Source of the DNA: Rhodospirillales bacterium
GTDB taxonomy: Bacteria; Pseudomonadota; Alphaproteobacteria; Acetobacterales; Acetobacteraceae
NCBI GenBank assembly: GCA_028870815.1
Contig: JAGWOU010000001.1
Span: 1 to 33,779 of the forward strand
Length of the DNA stretch: 33,779 nucleotides
Direction of reading: 5' to 3'
The notes beneath the pieces are model-generated. The model was given only the letters and a program-made list of their open reading frames with translations, ran no database searches and was not told the origin of the DNA. This document shows, in pieces, positions 33,314-33,779 of the stretch (position 1 is its first letter; each line of letters opens with the position of its first letter). A program made the translations under genes and the position numbers.

Positions 33314-33779
33314 TCAGCGCACCGGAATGGTGGCGTAACGCAGCTCGCGGCGGTATTCGCTGGGCGGCACATCATGGCAGCAGATCAGCCAGTAAGGCAG
33401 CACTAGCAGCAGCGTCCAGGTAAAATTCCAAACCAGCTGCATGTGCGATTCAAGCGGCCATTGGGTAGGGAACAGCACCAGATCCAGTAGCCAGAGCGTG
33501 CGCCAGAGCAGCCCGGTTAGGCGCACCGCCGGCGCCACGCGCGCCCGGCGCGAACCCTGCGCCTGCTGGGTGTTTATCTGCACATAGGCCGCGCCCGCCA
33601 TGATGGCGAGGCACAACATGTCCTCGAAGAAATCTGGCGAATAGGCGCGGTCGAACAATTTTATCCACGCAAGCCCGGCCAATGCGCCCAGCCCGGTGCA
33701 AAACCGCGCCAGCGTGAACACCTGCACCCCAAGCCACCATTCAGCCCGGTTCACCCCCGGCTGCAGCACCTGGTCGATG
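33314..33779 (-). CDS. Hypothetical membrane protein (5' end outside the window)
   Basis: The frame stays open to the window edge (IDQVLQPGVNR...), has about four hydrophobic segments, and its stop abuts the MFS stop. No recognised motif. Confidence 0.55.
   Translation of the reverse strand, partial: IDQVLQPGVNRAEWWLGVQVFTLARFCTGLGALAGLAWIKLFDRAYSPDFFEDMLCLAIMAGAAYVQINTQQAQGSRRARVAPAVRLTGLLWRTLWLLDLVLFPTQWPLESHMQLVWNFTWTLLLVLPYWLICCHDVPPSEYRRELRYATIPVR

Noticed and set aside
1-33779. tRNA, rRNA, CRISPR array, transposase, integrase, phage or defence genes
   Set aside because: None recognised. Intergenic gaps are short and accounted for.

Overview
GC-rich alphaproteobacterial chromosome segment. 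Gene content and order (smc-dsbA-DUF721/mutY, xseB-ispA, DUF1127) suggest Acetobacteraceae, but the taxonomy is an inference. The left ~17.7 kb is mostly housekeeping. It holds a truncated ornithine/lysine decarboxylase (missing from the ORF track) with a long structured leader resembling the orphan speF RNA motif, an OmpR/EnvZ-type pair, CYTH-CHAD, ThpR, aminopeptidase P, DUF1127, smc, dsbA, DUF721, mutY, a dipeptidase, a CIR/Bru-RS-like miniature repeat, a ROK kinase, a Cys-less TusA, an HDAC-family deacetylase, xseB and ispA. The most interesting part is 17.8-30.7 kb, a co-directional purine-nitrogen scavenging cluster under a consensus sigma54 promoter with two NtrC-like boxes. It encodes a 2OG-Fe(II) oxygenase, a BMP-type ABC transporter (ATPase apparently starting at ATA), xdhABC, a Zn nucleobase deaminase and an AtzG/AtzE/AtzH (HpxXYZ-like) module. 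No uricase, allantoin-pathway gene or hpxW is present in the window, which suggests an uncharacterised route for purine or modified-purine breakdown. The window ends with a DAO-family oxidoreductase, an MFS transporter and a truncated membrane protein. All family calls come from motif recognition, not database searches.
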